DNA from: Neophaeotheca triangularis
Lineage: Eukaryota
Assembly (NCBI GenBank): GCA_054600435.1
Contig: BAAIJX010000025.1
Location: 248,001 to 312,000, forward strand
DNA length: 64,000 bases
Direction: 5' to 3'
Below are positions 45,989 through 58,925 of this stretch, piece after piece. Each line of letters begins with the position of its first letter. Position 1 is the first letter of the stretch. The notes beneath the pieces are model-generated. The model searched no databases. It saw only the letters and a program-made list of their open reading frames with translations, and was not told the origin of the DNA. The translations under genes were made by a program, and so were the position numbers.

Positions 45989-47467
45989 ATGCCAGTACTC
46001 AAATTTTCTGTGAGCCCAGAGGCCACAGGCCGGATCTACGAGCTGCTTCAATGCCTGGCGAAGTTTGGTGAAGCCGTGTCACTTGAGGCCGGGGCCGACA
46101 AGGTAAAAACCGTCCATACTATGTATGTATTTGAATATCCCATCGTTCTATTCTGACACGACACAGTTGACCTTTACAGCAATCAACTCATCCCGTACCG
46201 CATACGCATCGTTCGCGTTGGGAGCTCGCATATTTTTTCTTGAATACGACTACCAAACCACTGCTTCGTCCAGTGCCGGTGACCTCTTCACCTGTCAGCT
46301 CTACAATCGAGCCCTTCAGGCAGTCTTCAAAAATCGTGCTTCCGATGCACGCGGCCGCGAGACTGCCATTGATCGTTGCGATGTCACGGTTCAGGATGAG
46401 CCAGACCGAGCCGAGTGCCGTATCATCGTGAAGATGCTCTGCCGCCACGGCATGACCAAAACCTACCGCCTGACGTACGAAAGCACAGAGATCGTACATG
46501 CTTTGTTCGACAAGAGAGTCGCCACTCAAGGCTGGAAAGTGTCTGCTAGAATCCTCAGAGAGTACATTGAATTCTTTGCACAGAAAACGGAACAGCTGAG
46601 CTTTCTAGCACAAGAGGACAAGGCTGTTTTCACGAGCTTCACCGAGAAGATTCAAGACGAGAAGCAGGTTCTCAAGCAGCCTTTGGAAACCATGATCTCG
46701 ATTGATACGAATGACTTTGAGGACTTTCACATGCAACAGGGTGTGCACCTTGTCATGAGCGTCAAGGACTTCAAAGCCATTGTCACCCATGCCGAAACCC
46801 TACGTGCTACCATTTCTGCGCAATTCTCGCTACCTACGCGACCCTTACAATTCAGCTACACGGCCGACGGCATGCACTGCCAATTCACGCTCATGACCTG
46901 GGGTGACTATCGAAGCGCTTCTGAGACCACAGAAGCCAAGTTCACCTCCACTCGCCCTGCTTCCAGAACGCCGTCCGTAGCTCCATCCGTAACTCCGATC
47001 GTGACGTCTGCCCAACAGCCTCCCCGTCAACTTTCAGCAATGCCACCGCCGACAAAGCCGGCAAGCTACAAGCACAACAAGCCGCTCGGCCAGCGACAAC
47101 AATCCATGTCTTTATCTCGGCAAGCTTCGGCCGTGAACTCGGACCCAGACCCGGACAGTCTTTTCGTGCCCGCGGGTGACGAAGATGATCAGACGTGGGG
47201 TCCGCCAAGCTACGATGAGCAGGAGGAGGATCAGGAGATGCTTGGCTGGGACGCTGGCCAGGACGCTGGAGCCGCCTCTGCCCATCCTACTTTCAGGGAT
47301 ACGCAAAGAGGTGCGACGTCTTATCGAGAGCCTTCCACGACCAGTGCAGCGCCTGACGAGGCGCTTGAGCCGACGCAACGTTTATCACAAGTGAGTCAGG
47401 CGTGCGTGATTGCTGAAATTTTGGACCGTGGCTAACGTTCTATCAGCTCCACGGAATGTTCGATTGA
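45989..47467 (+). CDS. rad9: 9-1-1 checkpoint clamp subunit Rad9 (Ddc1-like). Exons 45989-46102, 46167-47390, 47447-47467
   Basis: L.CLAKFGEAVSLEA..K|LTFTAINSSRTAYASF, HGMTKTYRLTYE, FTSFTEKI, SVKDFKAIV.HAETL, P.RPLQF.Y, acidic tail ending PTQRLSQ|LHGMFD*. Introns 46103-46166 and 47391-47446. Confidence 0.92.
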
Positions 47468-47537
47468 AACCTGCGATATGCGCAGTATGGTCGCTCAATG
47501 TTCCTGAAGAAGTAGCTGATGCTATCGCATCAGACCG

Positions 47538-48611
47538 CTATATGTTGTCGCTATCCGTTGCTGCGAAAGTAGTAGCACAACCAGCGAAGACTGAGCAAGG
47601 CTTCTGAGGCGTCGAGAGTTCGTTCCAGTGCCCCTTTACATCTCCGCGGCCATCGACAGGTGTACCACAGTTGCCGTGCTCTCCCCAACCCCAAGTCAGC
47701 ACTCGACCCGATTTGGTCATCACAACCACATGTTCGCTACCCGCTGCGATAGTCTCTATCGCAAGTAGTCTGGGCGGACAAAGCTGACCGTGATCGTCAC
47801 GTCCCCATGACAGTACCTCTCCGGAATGCTTGAGGACGAAAATGCTCCCCCAAGACGCCACAATGTCTTTCCAACCGACAATAGTGGCAGGCGCATTGGC
47901 TTGAATGTCAAAGCGATCTCTGCTGCCAGGACCGAGTATGATAAGCTCGTTACCTGTCGATTCGCCTACGATGCAGGTAAAGTCTTTGCCACAAACAGCT
48001 TTAGTGGCTCTGAAAGGGATATCTGGTATCGATCGGGGCGACCAGGCGTCTGCCAGGGGCGCTCCTAATTGACCCTTCCGCCCCTTACCCCAACCGTATA
48101 CCTGCCCGTTGGATAGCACAGCTACGGTATGAGCCATGCAAGAACTCAGTTGCACTACTTCGGTGCCAGAAGGTGGAAAATCGGGTATCTTCTGCGAGGA
48201 CGTTACCGCCATTACACCGGCTCCAAGTCCCAACTCGCCACTCGCGCCGGTACCACATACAAGCACGGTCTTGCCGTCTGCACATAGTAAAAAGGATGCA
48301 GCCCACGTCGCAGAGACTTGTAGGATCTTCGTTGTGAGTTCATATGTGATGGCGGGACGAGTTAAGAGGGGAATGGGCCGATGGAGGCCCTCATTGCCGG
48401 CCAAGCCACATCGCGAGTCTTTGCCATAGCCGGTGGTCACCAAGGTCCCGTCCTGGTAGAGGACGAGCGTATGATTGCCTCCGGCCGAGATCTGCTTGAC
48501 CTTCTTATGTTTGTCGTGGTCGAGGCACGCAAGAGCCGTGGGTGTGGAGGTGTCTTCATCGTGGCCGACACCGAGCTGTCCAGAGCCGTTCGAGCCCAGG
48601 GCAAAGAGCAT
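47538..48611 (-). CDS. ATS1: RCC1/BLIP-II repeat protein, Ats1/Kti13-like
   Basis: MLFALGSNGSGQLG, ISAGGNHT, GWGKGRKGQLG, WGRDDHGQL, AAGSEH, WGWGEHGNCG, AGCATTF. Confidence 0.8.
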   Translation of the reverse strand: MLFALGSNGSGQLGVGHDEDTSTPTALACLDHDKHKKVKQISAGGNHTLVLYQDGTLVTTGYGKDSRCGLAGNEGLHRPIPLLTRPAITYELTTKILQVSATWAASFLLCADGKTVLVCGTGASGELGLGAGVMAVTSSQKIPDFPPSGTEVVQLSSCMAHTVAVLSNGQVYGWGKGRKGQLGAPLADAWSPRSIPDIPFRATKAVCGKDFTCIVGESTGNELIILGPGSRDRFDIQANAPATIVGWKDIVASWGSIFVLKHSGEVLSWGRDDHGQLCPPRLLAIETIAAGSEHVVVMTKSGRVLTWGWGEHGNCGTPVDGRGDVKGHWNELSTPQKPCSVFAGCATTFAATDSDNI

Positions 48612-48941
48612 GATCCAATGCAAGCATATATGTTGAATGCCTCACATCTCTGTATTATTGCATAAACTCTTGCTACAATTGTCTCACATGCGAGACTCAA
48701 AATATGTATGCACCGTGAAGTTGGCCATCCTCACTGTCACACCTCACTAGCCTTAACCTGAATGCCAAGACGCACAGGTGGAACTTGCCGAACGCGCAAT
48801 TTTCGATTGCAAACGACGCTAGCCAACTTCGAAAGCCGCAAAGTCGGGGACCTGAGATTCTCTGCGCGCGACGACCAGCACACGACGACTCTCCCGACCG
48901 ACGAAAACCCCTCCTTTCGACGAAGACGACAACCACCCAAC

Positions 48942-49646
48942 ATGTCGGCCCCTCAGAGCGTTCAATGCTTCGGCAAGAAGAAGACGGCCACCGCGGTCGC
49001 CCACTGCAAGCAGGGCAAGGGCCTCGTGAAGGTCAACGGCAAGCCTCTGTCGCTTGTTGAGCCCCAGATCCTCAGGTTCAAGGTCTACGAGCCTCTCCTC
49101 ATCCTCGGTCTGGACAAGTTTGGTGAGTCTGCCTCGGAGGGGGAGCGGAGATGGGAAATAAAACGACGGTTAAGGCAGTCGGGTGGGATTGGGCAATCAT
49201 GCGAAAGGATGGCAGAGTTGTGGGCAGAAGGATACGGACAGCATGGGAGAGAGCAGTGGATAAGGTGGCTTTTCAGAGGGACTGTTATGCTGACTTTTGG
49301 GTACTAGCCATGGTCGACATCCGTGTCCGCGTCCGTGGTGGTGGCCACACCTCTCAGGTCTACGCCATCCGTCAGGCTATTGCCAAGAGCATCGTACGTC
49401 TATACCCGAAGATATCTCCTTGCAGCCCGGAGACGAAGAATCGCGCTTGCTTCTCCAGCAGTCACTAACCACTCCCGAAAGATCGCCTACTACCAGAAGT
49501 ACATCGACGAGCACAGCAAGAACCAGCTCAAGCAAGCCCTCGTCGCCTACGACCGCACCCTCCTCGTTGCCGACAACCGCAGATGCGAGCCCAAGAAGTT
49601 CGGTGGTCCCGGCGCCCGTGCCAGGTACCAGAAGTCCTACCGGTAA
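48942..49646 (+). CDS. RPS16: 40S ribosomal protein S16 (uS9). Exons 48942-49122, 49308-49393, 49482-49646
   Basis: [74 protein letters not shown]. Introns 49123-49307 and 49394-49481. Confidence 0.98.
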
Positions 49647-50107
49647 AGGCGTGGACGTTGTGGTGCTGGCCGCGGTTGTGGCAAGGATGTTGCTGGTTTG
49701 CATGGGTTTTCTGGCGCAAGGCTCGGCTTGCTGCAAGTAGCGGTAGCAATGCTGAGCCTGGCTTTCCGATCTTAATCTTAGCGATTCAGATACCGCCGAA
49801 AAAGACCGTGTTACAATAAGCTTGCGCGATGAAGAATACACGTACACCATGCTATGCTGTCTGGACAGATAAGAGACTGCGAAAGTGAGGTTTGAGCAGA
49901 GTTGGAACATAACACGTTATCGAGCAAGGACCATGGCTTTAGAACGCGCTTCAAAGAACAGACCTGGTCCGCCTTCTCCACGAAGCCACTTCGTACTGCC
50001 TCCCGTCCATAAGGGCCCCTACAGCCCGCGCAGAGCGACGACCCAGTCTTTTCCAGTCTTTTCGGTTCCCTCCAACAGCTATTACCACCCAACCCCTGCC
50101 CAACCCG

Positions 50108-50673
50108 CTACAAGCTCACAAGCGAGCTATTCAAGCTCCTCCCAGCCATCACATACAAGCCCACACACATCCCCACACCCGCCAAATAACTAACCGTCCT
50201 ACATTTGGCCAAAAACTCTGTCTCATTGAACATGTAAACATGATTGAACACAAACCTGCTAACCACGTAGCCCACACTAAGGCCATTCAGTACACCAGGG
50301 CTCAAGTGCGCCACGTTTCCGGCCACGACGGCTGCGGCGAAGAAACCGAGGTTCTCGAAACCGTTCTGTTGCGCTGCTTCGGCGCGGAGGAGCTGGCCTT
50401 TGGTTTTGGCGTCGAGGGCGGGTTCGTTCGCGATGGTTTGCGTCCATTGCCGCGGGTTGCGAATGTCCAGCTTTTTGCCCGTCGCTTTGGTGTATTCGCC
50501 GCTGGAGTAAATGTGGGGCATGAGGGAGAAGAGCCAGGCTGTGGGATTGAGGGGGTTAGTTGGGTGTTTTGGCTGTAGTTGGGAGGGTGGTGGGTGGTGG
50601 TGGACGACGTACCGACGGGCAGCGTGTAGAGGGAGATGTTGTCCGTGGACAGGTTTGGGAGGTAGGAGGCCAT
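50108..50673 (-). CDS. MAPEG-family membrane protein. Exons 50673-50613, 50538-50108
   Basis: NISLYTLPV|AWLFSLMPH, D.RNPR, RAEAAQQNGFENLGFFAAAVVAGN, YVVSRFVFNHVY. Intron 50612-50539 (GTACGT..ACTAAC..CAG). Confidence 0.88.
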
Positions 50674-51413
50674 GTTGAGTGTAGTGTCTTTTGCCGCGTG
50701 AATTGCTGTTGTACAGTTGTTGCCGTTTGAGAAGGAACAACAATCCGCGGATGGGACGAGACGAGACGATGAGAAAGCGAGACTGAAAGGAATACAAAAC
50801 CCCTTAGGTACCGTGCAAGTGCGAGCGCGTCCTGAAATACTATAATCAACGCGCCTAAAGTCGTGAACTCAATGCTCTCTTGCTCTCGGCTCCCCCCCAT
50901 CCATGACGACAGTAGTCCGATGCGCGCTGTGCTGACTACTTACAGCGCACAACCGTCAGAGAAGCGTAACGTAAGCGCCACGGGCAAAACAGTGGTTGAA
51001 GGGCGGATGCCGCTGGCTTTGGAAATGCCTTTTTGACATGTAATCTGAAAGGTCGACGAGACGTGGGAGTAGCTTCGGAGAATTAATTGTTGGATGCCTT
51101 GGTTCGCCGGGAAGTCTGGACGACATCCCGCGACTGCCTCCGTAGCGCGCTTCCGGGCTTGCTCAGAAAGGCCGAAAGAGGCATGAGCATGACAAGAGAA
51201 CTTCCAGGTTCATTCGGAAAAGAATACATGCACATTTTCGAGCTTAGCGGAAGTATATCGATAAAGCCCCTGAAAAGTACCGATGCCCCGCCTGTAACGC
51301 CGTGCTCAAAACGCTGAAGCACTGCACGCAAAAGGCTGAGCTTTCAACCCAGGAGTTATGGCGACGAATGGAACGGCAAAGATACTCTCCCAGCCTAATG
51401 ATATGAGAATCTC

Positions 51414-54400
51414 TCACTGCACTGCGTACGCCACACCACTGCTGCTCTTGCCAACAGTGCGATAAATCTCCAAATCACCCAACGCGAGCGTATTATCAGC
51501 ATCGACACCCATAACCTACACCTCAAAAAGTCAGCATACTATATCCCCAACACTCGCGCCAAAAACGGGTCCAGCACTCACCTCGATGTTGTTGTACCCG
51601 GAAAAGTAGAAGCCAACGATGACAACCAGATACGTCAGAATCAGCGTCGAGCCCTTGAAATAATTGCTCTTGCCCTCGCCCACGACCCAACCCATCAAAA
51701 ACACGCCCAGAATCACAGTCACCATGTCCCACTGCGGGAAAAGCATGGTGAAAGTGTGGTCAATGATGTCCGCGGGATCAATGTACTGTCCGTAAACGGC
51801 GCTGAAGAAGACGAGAGCGGGCACTTGAAGCAGGATAACTTGCAGAGCGTACGCGCTGCCGATTTCCATGGATAGTGCAATGTTGCCGTTCATGGCGAAG
51901 CTGATGGCGTTGAGGAACTCGGTCGTGTTGGGGACTAGACTGAAGAGCGTGATGCCCAGGAATTTCTCGTCGATGGTGATGGAAGAAAGTACGACGTCGA
52001 CGGTGTCGACCAGGATCTCGGCGATGACTGCGTAGGCAACTGTTGCGGAGAGGAGGATCACGGCAGATTTAGTGCGCGACCAGTTGGGAGCGTCGTGGCC
52101 GCCTGCTGCGGGTTCGGCGGGGGCCGCAGGGGCATTGGTGCTGACACCTGCGCCGGTGCCGGCGGCGCCTGTGTCGAGCACCTCGCCCGTGGGCCATTCG
52201 AAGCCCGCGAGACTGCCTGGCTCGAGGGTCGTAGTGCGGTGAAGCTGACCAGAGGCCGACATGTCTTTGGGCGTGTTGCTAGTGCTGGTGTGCTGCTTGC
52301 TGGGTTTTTGCGGAGCGCTGGTAGTGGCCATGGCGGACGCCCTTCGAGGTGCTTTGGTCGCGTCCCTAGCTGCGACGGTAGCAGCTGTGGCGGCCATCTC
52401 AGCGACCTGCTGGATGAGTGAGCGATTGTCTTCGGCGCTGAGACCAGCGATCCGTAGGTTCTTCGCGCCGCCTTTGGTGTCTTCGCCATCACTAGTCTTG
52501 GGTGGGACCATGAAGGGCGACGGCGCTTCACCTTTTCTGGCTGTCTCCGGCGGTTTTACAGCAGCTACTTGCGCTGCTGAAGTAGTGTTGAAACCAGCCT
52601 GCTTCAAACTCTGGTTGAGGATCCTCTTATACATTACGGATTCTCGGATGTTTTCGCGCGGGAGGGTGCCGTCTTTGGGTGAAGCGTCTTTAGCCGTGGC
52701 ATTGGGGATGGTGCCGGCGGTAGAGTTCCTAGTCATCGGCGCCCTCTCCTCCGCGTGCACTAAGCCTGCGGAACCTGGCAAAGCGGCGTGATTGTGGGCA
52801 GCTTGGTCCGTCTTGCCCTCTTTCTTCTCATCAATCTCAATGTTCCAAATGACCGCAGCGTGCGTTCTCAGCGTGAACAGCAACCCAATGACATAGCTGA
52901 GGAACAAAGCGATAGCCGCGAACCAGATGAATGGCCTTACGGCTTCCTTGTAGAACCGGCTTTGCACCGCGGGTAGCTGAGCAAAGTAGCACCTCCTGCA
53001 GTCCCGATCGCCCTTGAACGGATCTACGTTGACGCACTTGTGACAGTTAAGCTCATGTGATCCGTAAATCTGATAAAAACATGTTGGACCGAAAGCAGCA
53101 ATAACGGCGAAGAGCAGCATTGTTGATGTTACGCCAGCAGACTTGACGTTGAAGCGCTGAGTTTTACGCTTGAGGGCTCCAAAGCACATGCTCAATCCGG
53201 GCAGGAGAAGAATGCCAGCGAAGATTGAACCGACAATGGAACCTTCTACTAGCTTTGCTTTGCCTTGATTGAGCGCGACACAGTAGAGGAAAACTTCGAC
53301 TATGGTGCTGAAGAAGGCGTTAATAGTGGCGCCAACACCCATGGTGCTTTGCGCGCTGATTGATGCGACGGCTTGACCGATGAAGTAGGCCAGAGGAATG
53401 ATCGAAGCAAGACCCAGCAGGAATATAAACGCCGGTGAGGTAAGCCAAGTGTCGATGTGCAAGGTCTCGAACAGTACGTAATAGTCGAATATGGCGAAAG
53501 CAACCATTCCAAGCAAGTTGATGAGGAATATATTGGTGCCATCGATCGTGTACTTCCAGTACTTGGTACCCACAGCACGGTACGTGCAGAGCAAGATACT
53601 GTGGCCTTTGACGCCGGGGTTTCGCGTTTGATAGCCTTCCGAGTGGAAGCTAAGAGCCAGTGGGTGCCTCCTCAGATGGTAGAAAAGCAAAAGTGTGACC
53701 TTGCCCATGGGTATAGTAAACACGAGGAACCAACATATACCGCTGGCGATGAACAACAGCGGTGCCAACAGGAAGTAGAAGCCAATGAAGAAGATCACAC
53801 GTCCAGCATTCCACTCTCCACGTCCGAATAAGCGCTTCTTGCTTCTCATACGAGCAGCCCGTTGCTGAGAATCACGGCGCTGCCGGCCAAGGAGACCTTC
53901 GGTCTCAGCGGCATCGTCGACACTTTCACGTCTCCTACCGATGAGTGATCTGTTGATGTCTGTCGGCCCAAAGAAGAGGCGACCTTCTTCCAGATCGCCA
54001 GTCTGCCAGCGCTCATACTCTCCAACACTACGGCCTTCGCCTTCGTCTTCGTGCAGGTAGTCCTCGTGATGTTCAAGCTTGACAAATTTGCCGAAAGGGT
54101 AGAGGAGATAGGCGGCGAGGTTCCACATGATCCCGCCGTAGGCACTACAGCCTCGCAGGCCGAAGATACCGCAGATGTTGCAGAGGGTAGCTCCTAGTGC
54201 TGCAACGATAGCCAATACACCGCCAAAGGTGATGGTCCAGAGGATGTTGAACAAGAACAACCATCTACTGACGTTGCCGCCAGGTATGCTGTGGATGTCA
54301 CCCTCGGCGTTCTTTTGCACACTGCGGTCTTTCTTGTACAACGCTGGCTTCCAGATACGGATACCAAATGGGTGTGTTTCGTTGATAGCTTCTTGGCGAT

Positions 54401-55134
54401 CCTTGAGTGTGAAGCTCTCAGCATCGCTAATGTCTCCATCGTCGTCATCATCGCTGGGGCTGTCTTCCGGAGAGTCTTCGTCTTCATCGCCCTGTAGAGT
54501 CTCTTCCGAGGAGGGTTCTCCGTTGCCACTCGGTGAAGGTGCTGCGTCAGCTGCAGCATCGTTGCCCGTTGTCAATGCCTCCTCTTCGCCCTCGTTAGAC
54601 TCGACCCTGGCCAAAGCAGGCGCCTGAGCGGTAGGCCTTCTCCTGAGCGTGCTTTCCTTCCTCCTCAATGTGCGAGAGCTGGGGTTTGATTGCGGACCCG
54701 GGCGCGTGGAAGTCCTCGATAGCTTGCGATCCAGCTCCACCTCTGTCGTGTCATCGTCGACACTAAATTCTTGTCCTCTTTGAGGGTTGCTAGTCGAAGG
54801 GGCTCGTCTACCCATACCAGGTCGCTTGGGCGTATTCTTGGGCATCTGCTGCGGCGAAGACGCTGGTGGACGCCCGGTATACGACCCTTGGACCGAGCCT
54901 TGAATCGAGCCTTGAATACCTTGTCAGTCTCTGCCTGGAAAGCTTGCCTCGGTTTTCTCTATGCCTACCATAATCAGCGGCTCTCAGCCTCGGCCTTTGG
55001 CTGTCGGAGGTGGTGCTCGTCTGCAGTTCTCTACCAGCAGAACTCGTCGACGTTCTTCTGGTGTCTGGGGGAGTTGGCGTAGGCGTCTGTTGCTCGCGGC
55101 TCGGTTGCCGCGAGGGACGGTCGTCGTCCGCCAT
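51414..55134 (-). CDS. VNX1: Vacuolar cation/H+ antiporter Vnx1 (CAX type II with YccF-like domain). Exons 55134-54969, 54910-51582, 51515-51414
   Basis: TLKDRQEAINETHPFGIRIWKPALYKK, YLLYPFGKFV, IIPLAYFIGQAVASISAQS, GSIVGSI, FTLRTHA, HDAPNWSRTKS, LVPNTTEFLNAISFAMNGN, EGKSNYFKG. Introns 54968-54911 and 51581-51516. Confidence 0.93.
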
Positions 55135-55423
55135 GTTGCGATATGCTAGGCCTGTATGGATAACGGTTGCAGTATCGGGTTGAAGATTTGAAATGTTTTG
55201 CAGCGACGGGGTGTGCTTAAAAGGAACAAGTCACGCGTGTAGCAATTCTACCAGCTAGAGCTGACGGGAGCACGTGTAGGGGCGGATGACGGCGCTACAT
55301 GTATCATCTGAGCTATTTCGTCGCTAGGCCAAGTAGCGAAGGGCCGGTCTGGGAGATGTAGTTGGCCAAAGGAACGTCCTGCCCGATGTTTTGTCGCTAG
55401 CGGACGAACAAAGGTGGTAACGG

Positions 55424-55443
55424 AGTAGTAGTAGTAGTAGTAG
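55424..55443. repeat. (AGT)n microsatellite
   Basis: Read directly. Confidence 0.85.
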
Positions 55444-56025
55444 GTGGGAGATAACAGCCTGCTTGAGCTGGTCTCTTCTTTAAGTGTCGAAGGTACCGTT
55501 TCGACGAGACTCTAGCTCGGGAGGCGCGGGTATGGCGCTGAGAGCAGAGATTGGCGAAGGAGGAGGTGTCACGCGTGTTTTTTTTTCCCTGCTCGTCCAG
55601 AGGCGGAGGCGGAGAGCTTCTTGTCTTGTCCAGTCTTGTGCAATCTTCCAAGTAATACAGAGCTTAGAGAATGTCCCGGATGCTATCATATGAGCACCGG
55701 CCCATGCAGGGAATATGGTAGGGCTAGTCCCACGCTAAACCTACCAGAGCCCTTTAACGCGGACTTGGCGTGTTGCGTCGGAGAGGTCGGAGGTTGCAGC
55801 TGGCTCTCACTGAACGAACGACGTCCATCAAGAGCTACTGTAACTACTACTTCAGGTCCCCGATCTTTGAGGCAAACACCTACTCACCGCCGCCAACACC
55901 GAATCCGATAACGTACTTCATCTCATTACAGGCTTGAGAGCGTCAACGACTGACATACGACCTCTTGGCTACGCTCAGCCTTCAATACCTCCCTCAGGCG
56001 AGCCACGGCGGCAACAAGCGCAAAC

Positions 56026-57256
56026 ATGGCGTTGGACACCTTCTACTCCAACAAGATCGAGAGCATGAAGCTCGACATTTTGCAGGGGCAGGCAGTCTTG
56101 AGGCGTCTGGAGGCACAGCGAAATGAGTACAACAGCAGAGTGCGGTTACTACGGGAAGAGCTTGGCCTGCTTCAGCAACCTGGCAGCTATGTTGGAGAGG
56201 TGGTCAAGGTGATGAGCACCAAAAAGATTCTCGTCAAGGTGCATCCAGAAGGCAAATATGGTAAGAGTAGATGCAACCCTTGGATCATTACGGGCAAGAT
56301 AAGCTAACTTTTGCACTTCAGTGGTCGACGTGGCGGATAACATCGACATTTCGAAGCTCACAGCCGGCAAACGCGTAACCCTTCTCAGCGACTCATACAA
56401 GCTCTCATCCCTCCTGCCCTCTTCCGTCGACCCCCTCGTTTCTCTTATGATGGTCGAAAAGGTCCCCGACAGCACTTACGACATGATTGGTGGTCTTGAA
56501 GAGCAAATAAAGCAGATCAAAGAAGTCATCGAGCTCGGTCTCAAGCACCCTGAACTCTTCGAATCGCTCGGTATCGCGCAGCCCAAGGGTGTACTCTTGT
56601 ACGGTCCTCCAGGTACGGGCAAGACACTTCTCGCGCGAGCTGTGGCTCATCACACCGACTGCAAGTTTATCCGTGTTTCTGGCTCTGAGCTAGTGCAAAA
56701 ATACATCGGAGAGGGCAGCAGAATGGTGCGTGAGCTCTTCGTCATGGCCCGTGAGCACGCTCCCAGTATTATCTTCATGGACGAAATCGACTCCATCGGC
56801 TCTTCACGTGTCGAGGGCAGCAGTGGCGGTGACAGCGAGGTCCAGCGCACTATGCTTGAACTTTTGAACCAACTCGACGGTTTCGAGCCCACAAAGAACA
56901 TCAAGGTCGTCATGGCGACCAACCGTCTCGACATTCTCGACCCCGCGCTACTGAGACCCGGCCGTATCGACCGCAAGATCGAATTCCCACCGCCTACCGC
57001 CGAAGCGCGTGCCGACATTTTGCGCATTCACAGCAGGAGCATGAACTTGACCAGAGGCATCAACCTGTTCAAGATTGCAGAAAAGATGGGCGGGTGCTCC
57101 GGCGCCGAGTTGAAGGGTGTGTGTACCGAGGCGGGTATGTTCGCGCTCAGGGAGAGGAGAGTGCACGTCACACAGGAGGACTTTGATCTCGCTACGGCGA
57201 AGATTCTGAACAAACACGACGACAGCGAGATGAGTTTGACCAAGTTGTGGAAGTAG
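56026..57256 (+). CDS. RPT6: 26S proteasome AAA-ATPase Rpt6 (Sug1/PSMC5). Exons 56026-56260, 56322-57256
   Basis: [83 protein letters not shown]-terminal KLWK. Intron 56261-56321. Confidence 0.98.
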
Positions 57257-57663
57257 AGGGAGTACAGCAGTGGGAAGAGGAGAAAGGTCGGAGTTGTGCC
57301 AGATGCACGTTTCGCTCGCGCGACTGTAATTCTAGAGCTAGGAAGCAGTGTAGCAGAAACGCATATCACGTACGACAAGGAGGTTTAACCTGTGCCATCC
57401 TTTTTGTTCGGCTTTCGCTTGCATCGGTCGAACACTTGTCACTTTCTCAAGTCTGACAAGCTCTGTTCTCACAGCATTAAGTGTGCTGGAGGCTCACTCT
57501 TTGCCTGTACCTTATCGTGCGTGCTTTTGGGCGACTCTGTCCCTCGACCGCGCACAATTGCCTGCCCGAAATATTCGCACCAGAATTCTTAGCAGCCGTT
57601 GTCGCCACTTTCACTGTGCACTGTCAGAGCTCTCTTTATGTTTTCATATGGTACCCCACCAAT

Positions 57664-58341
57664 TCACCTCTTCTTCTTCCCCTGCACCTTAGTAAAGCCG
57701 TCCTCATCCACCTCCGGTTCCACCCTCTCCCTCACAGTCGGAGGCACCCCGCCCGCAACGCCTGTTCCCCCCATCTGCACATCGTCTTCCTCATCCTCAT
57801 CACTCCAGTCCTCATCCTCGCCAACCTCCTGATCGGGCCCATCCACAACCTCCACATCCACCTTCAGCTTACCCCTCGATTGAAACCTCCTCTCGAGCTC
57901 CCCGGCCTTCTGAACCCCCAAGCGCCCCTCACTAGCCCCATCCCTCAACCCCTTCCACACCCCCCAAACATCCTTCGCGCAAGCCACTTCGCTCTCATCC
58001 TCAACATTGACCTCGAACTCATCGAGCATCACTTGCAGCAAGAAAGCTTCCACATCCTCCAAATCGGGTTCCGCCGCCGCATTAGAAGTCTGAGTCTTGT
58101 TGTCGTTGTTCGCCACGCTCGAGGTCAGGTACTCGCTCATGGCGCCGGCGAACCAGTCGCGCTTGTCCGCACTGTTGGGCCCGCCCCAAGAATTTGAGAC
58201 GGCGACTTCGAGCGCCGGCCACAGGCGCAGCGCGTACCAGATGCCGTTATCGAGGAGGTTTTGGCTTTGGGCTGGGGTGGGTGGCGGTTGGGCGGAGGAC
58301 GGGAGGGGAACGCCGCCGGTGGGCAGGGGTTTGGAGGCCAT
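57664..58341 (-). CDS. TSR2: Pre-rRNA processing factor / eS26 escortin Tsr2 (WGG domain)
   Basis: WPALEVAVSNSWGGPNSADKRDWFAG, LLQVMLDEFEVNVEDES, acidic tail ending DEDGFTKV..KK. Confidence 0.93.
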   Translation of the reverse strand: MASKPLPTGGVPLPSSAQPPPTPAQSQNLLDNGIWYALRLWPALEVAVSNSWGGPNSADKRDWFAGAMSEYLTSSVANNDNKTQTSNAAAEPDLEDVEAFLLQVMLDEFEVNVEDESEVACAKDVWGVWKGLRDGASEGRLGVQKAGELERRFQSRGKLKVDVEVVDGPDQEVGEDEDWSDEDEEDDVQMGGTGVAGGVPPTVRERVEPEVDEDGFTKVQGKKKR

Positions 58342-58925
58342 TGTTGATGATTTTCTTGCTGGTCTTAGTCAGGGCTTCGAGGGTGCAGGTAGCTGGTGAG
58401 GTCGGCGCTCTTGCTGCTGTAAAATTACTTGTTGTATGGGCTTTTTTTTTTACGTACGCCAAGTACCTAGGTAGGAAGAAGGGTTTAATGTTTTTTGGGT
58501 TACCCCGGAAGATCTACCCGCCTCTGCATTTTAGATGTGGAGATGATTCTTCGACCTAGGCCTGAAGGGGCTGTTGTATGGCGTTTTCACGCGGCACAGG
58601 ACCTTATTGCAGTAGGTACCTTACCTACCTACCTAGTCTAGGTAGCCATCGCAGCTCCTCGACTTGTTATAGATGGCTGGTGCATAGCGGAGTCCCCATT
58701 CCTCCTTTTTCCTTCATCCCGTCCTTCTACAATTCAACCTTCTCGGACACCAGTTTTCGCTCGATTATGCAATGATATAATACGTTACGCGAACACCTCG
58801 TAATGTCTAAAGCAATACAACAATAACCCCAAGAACAAGAGCTAGGAGCGCAACAAACCTACACGTGGGAACCCACGAGCCGGCCCTCGGACGCCTCAAA
58901 AGACAAAAGAAACCCAAACAGAAAC

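Noticed and set aside
49123..49307. Intronic snoRNA in the 185-nt RPS16 intron
   Set aside because: The sequence is purine-rich with no RUGAUGA C box or H/ACA hairpin layout; the only CUGA is the branch site.
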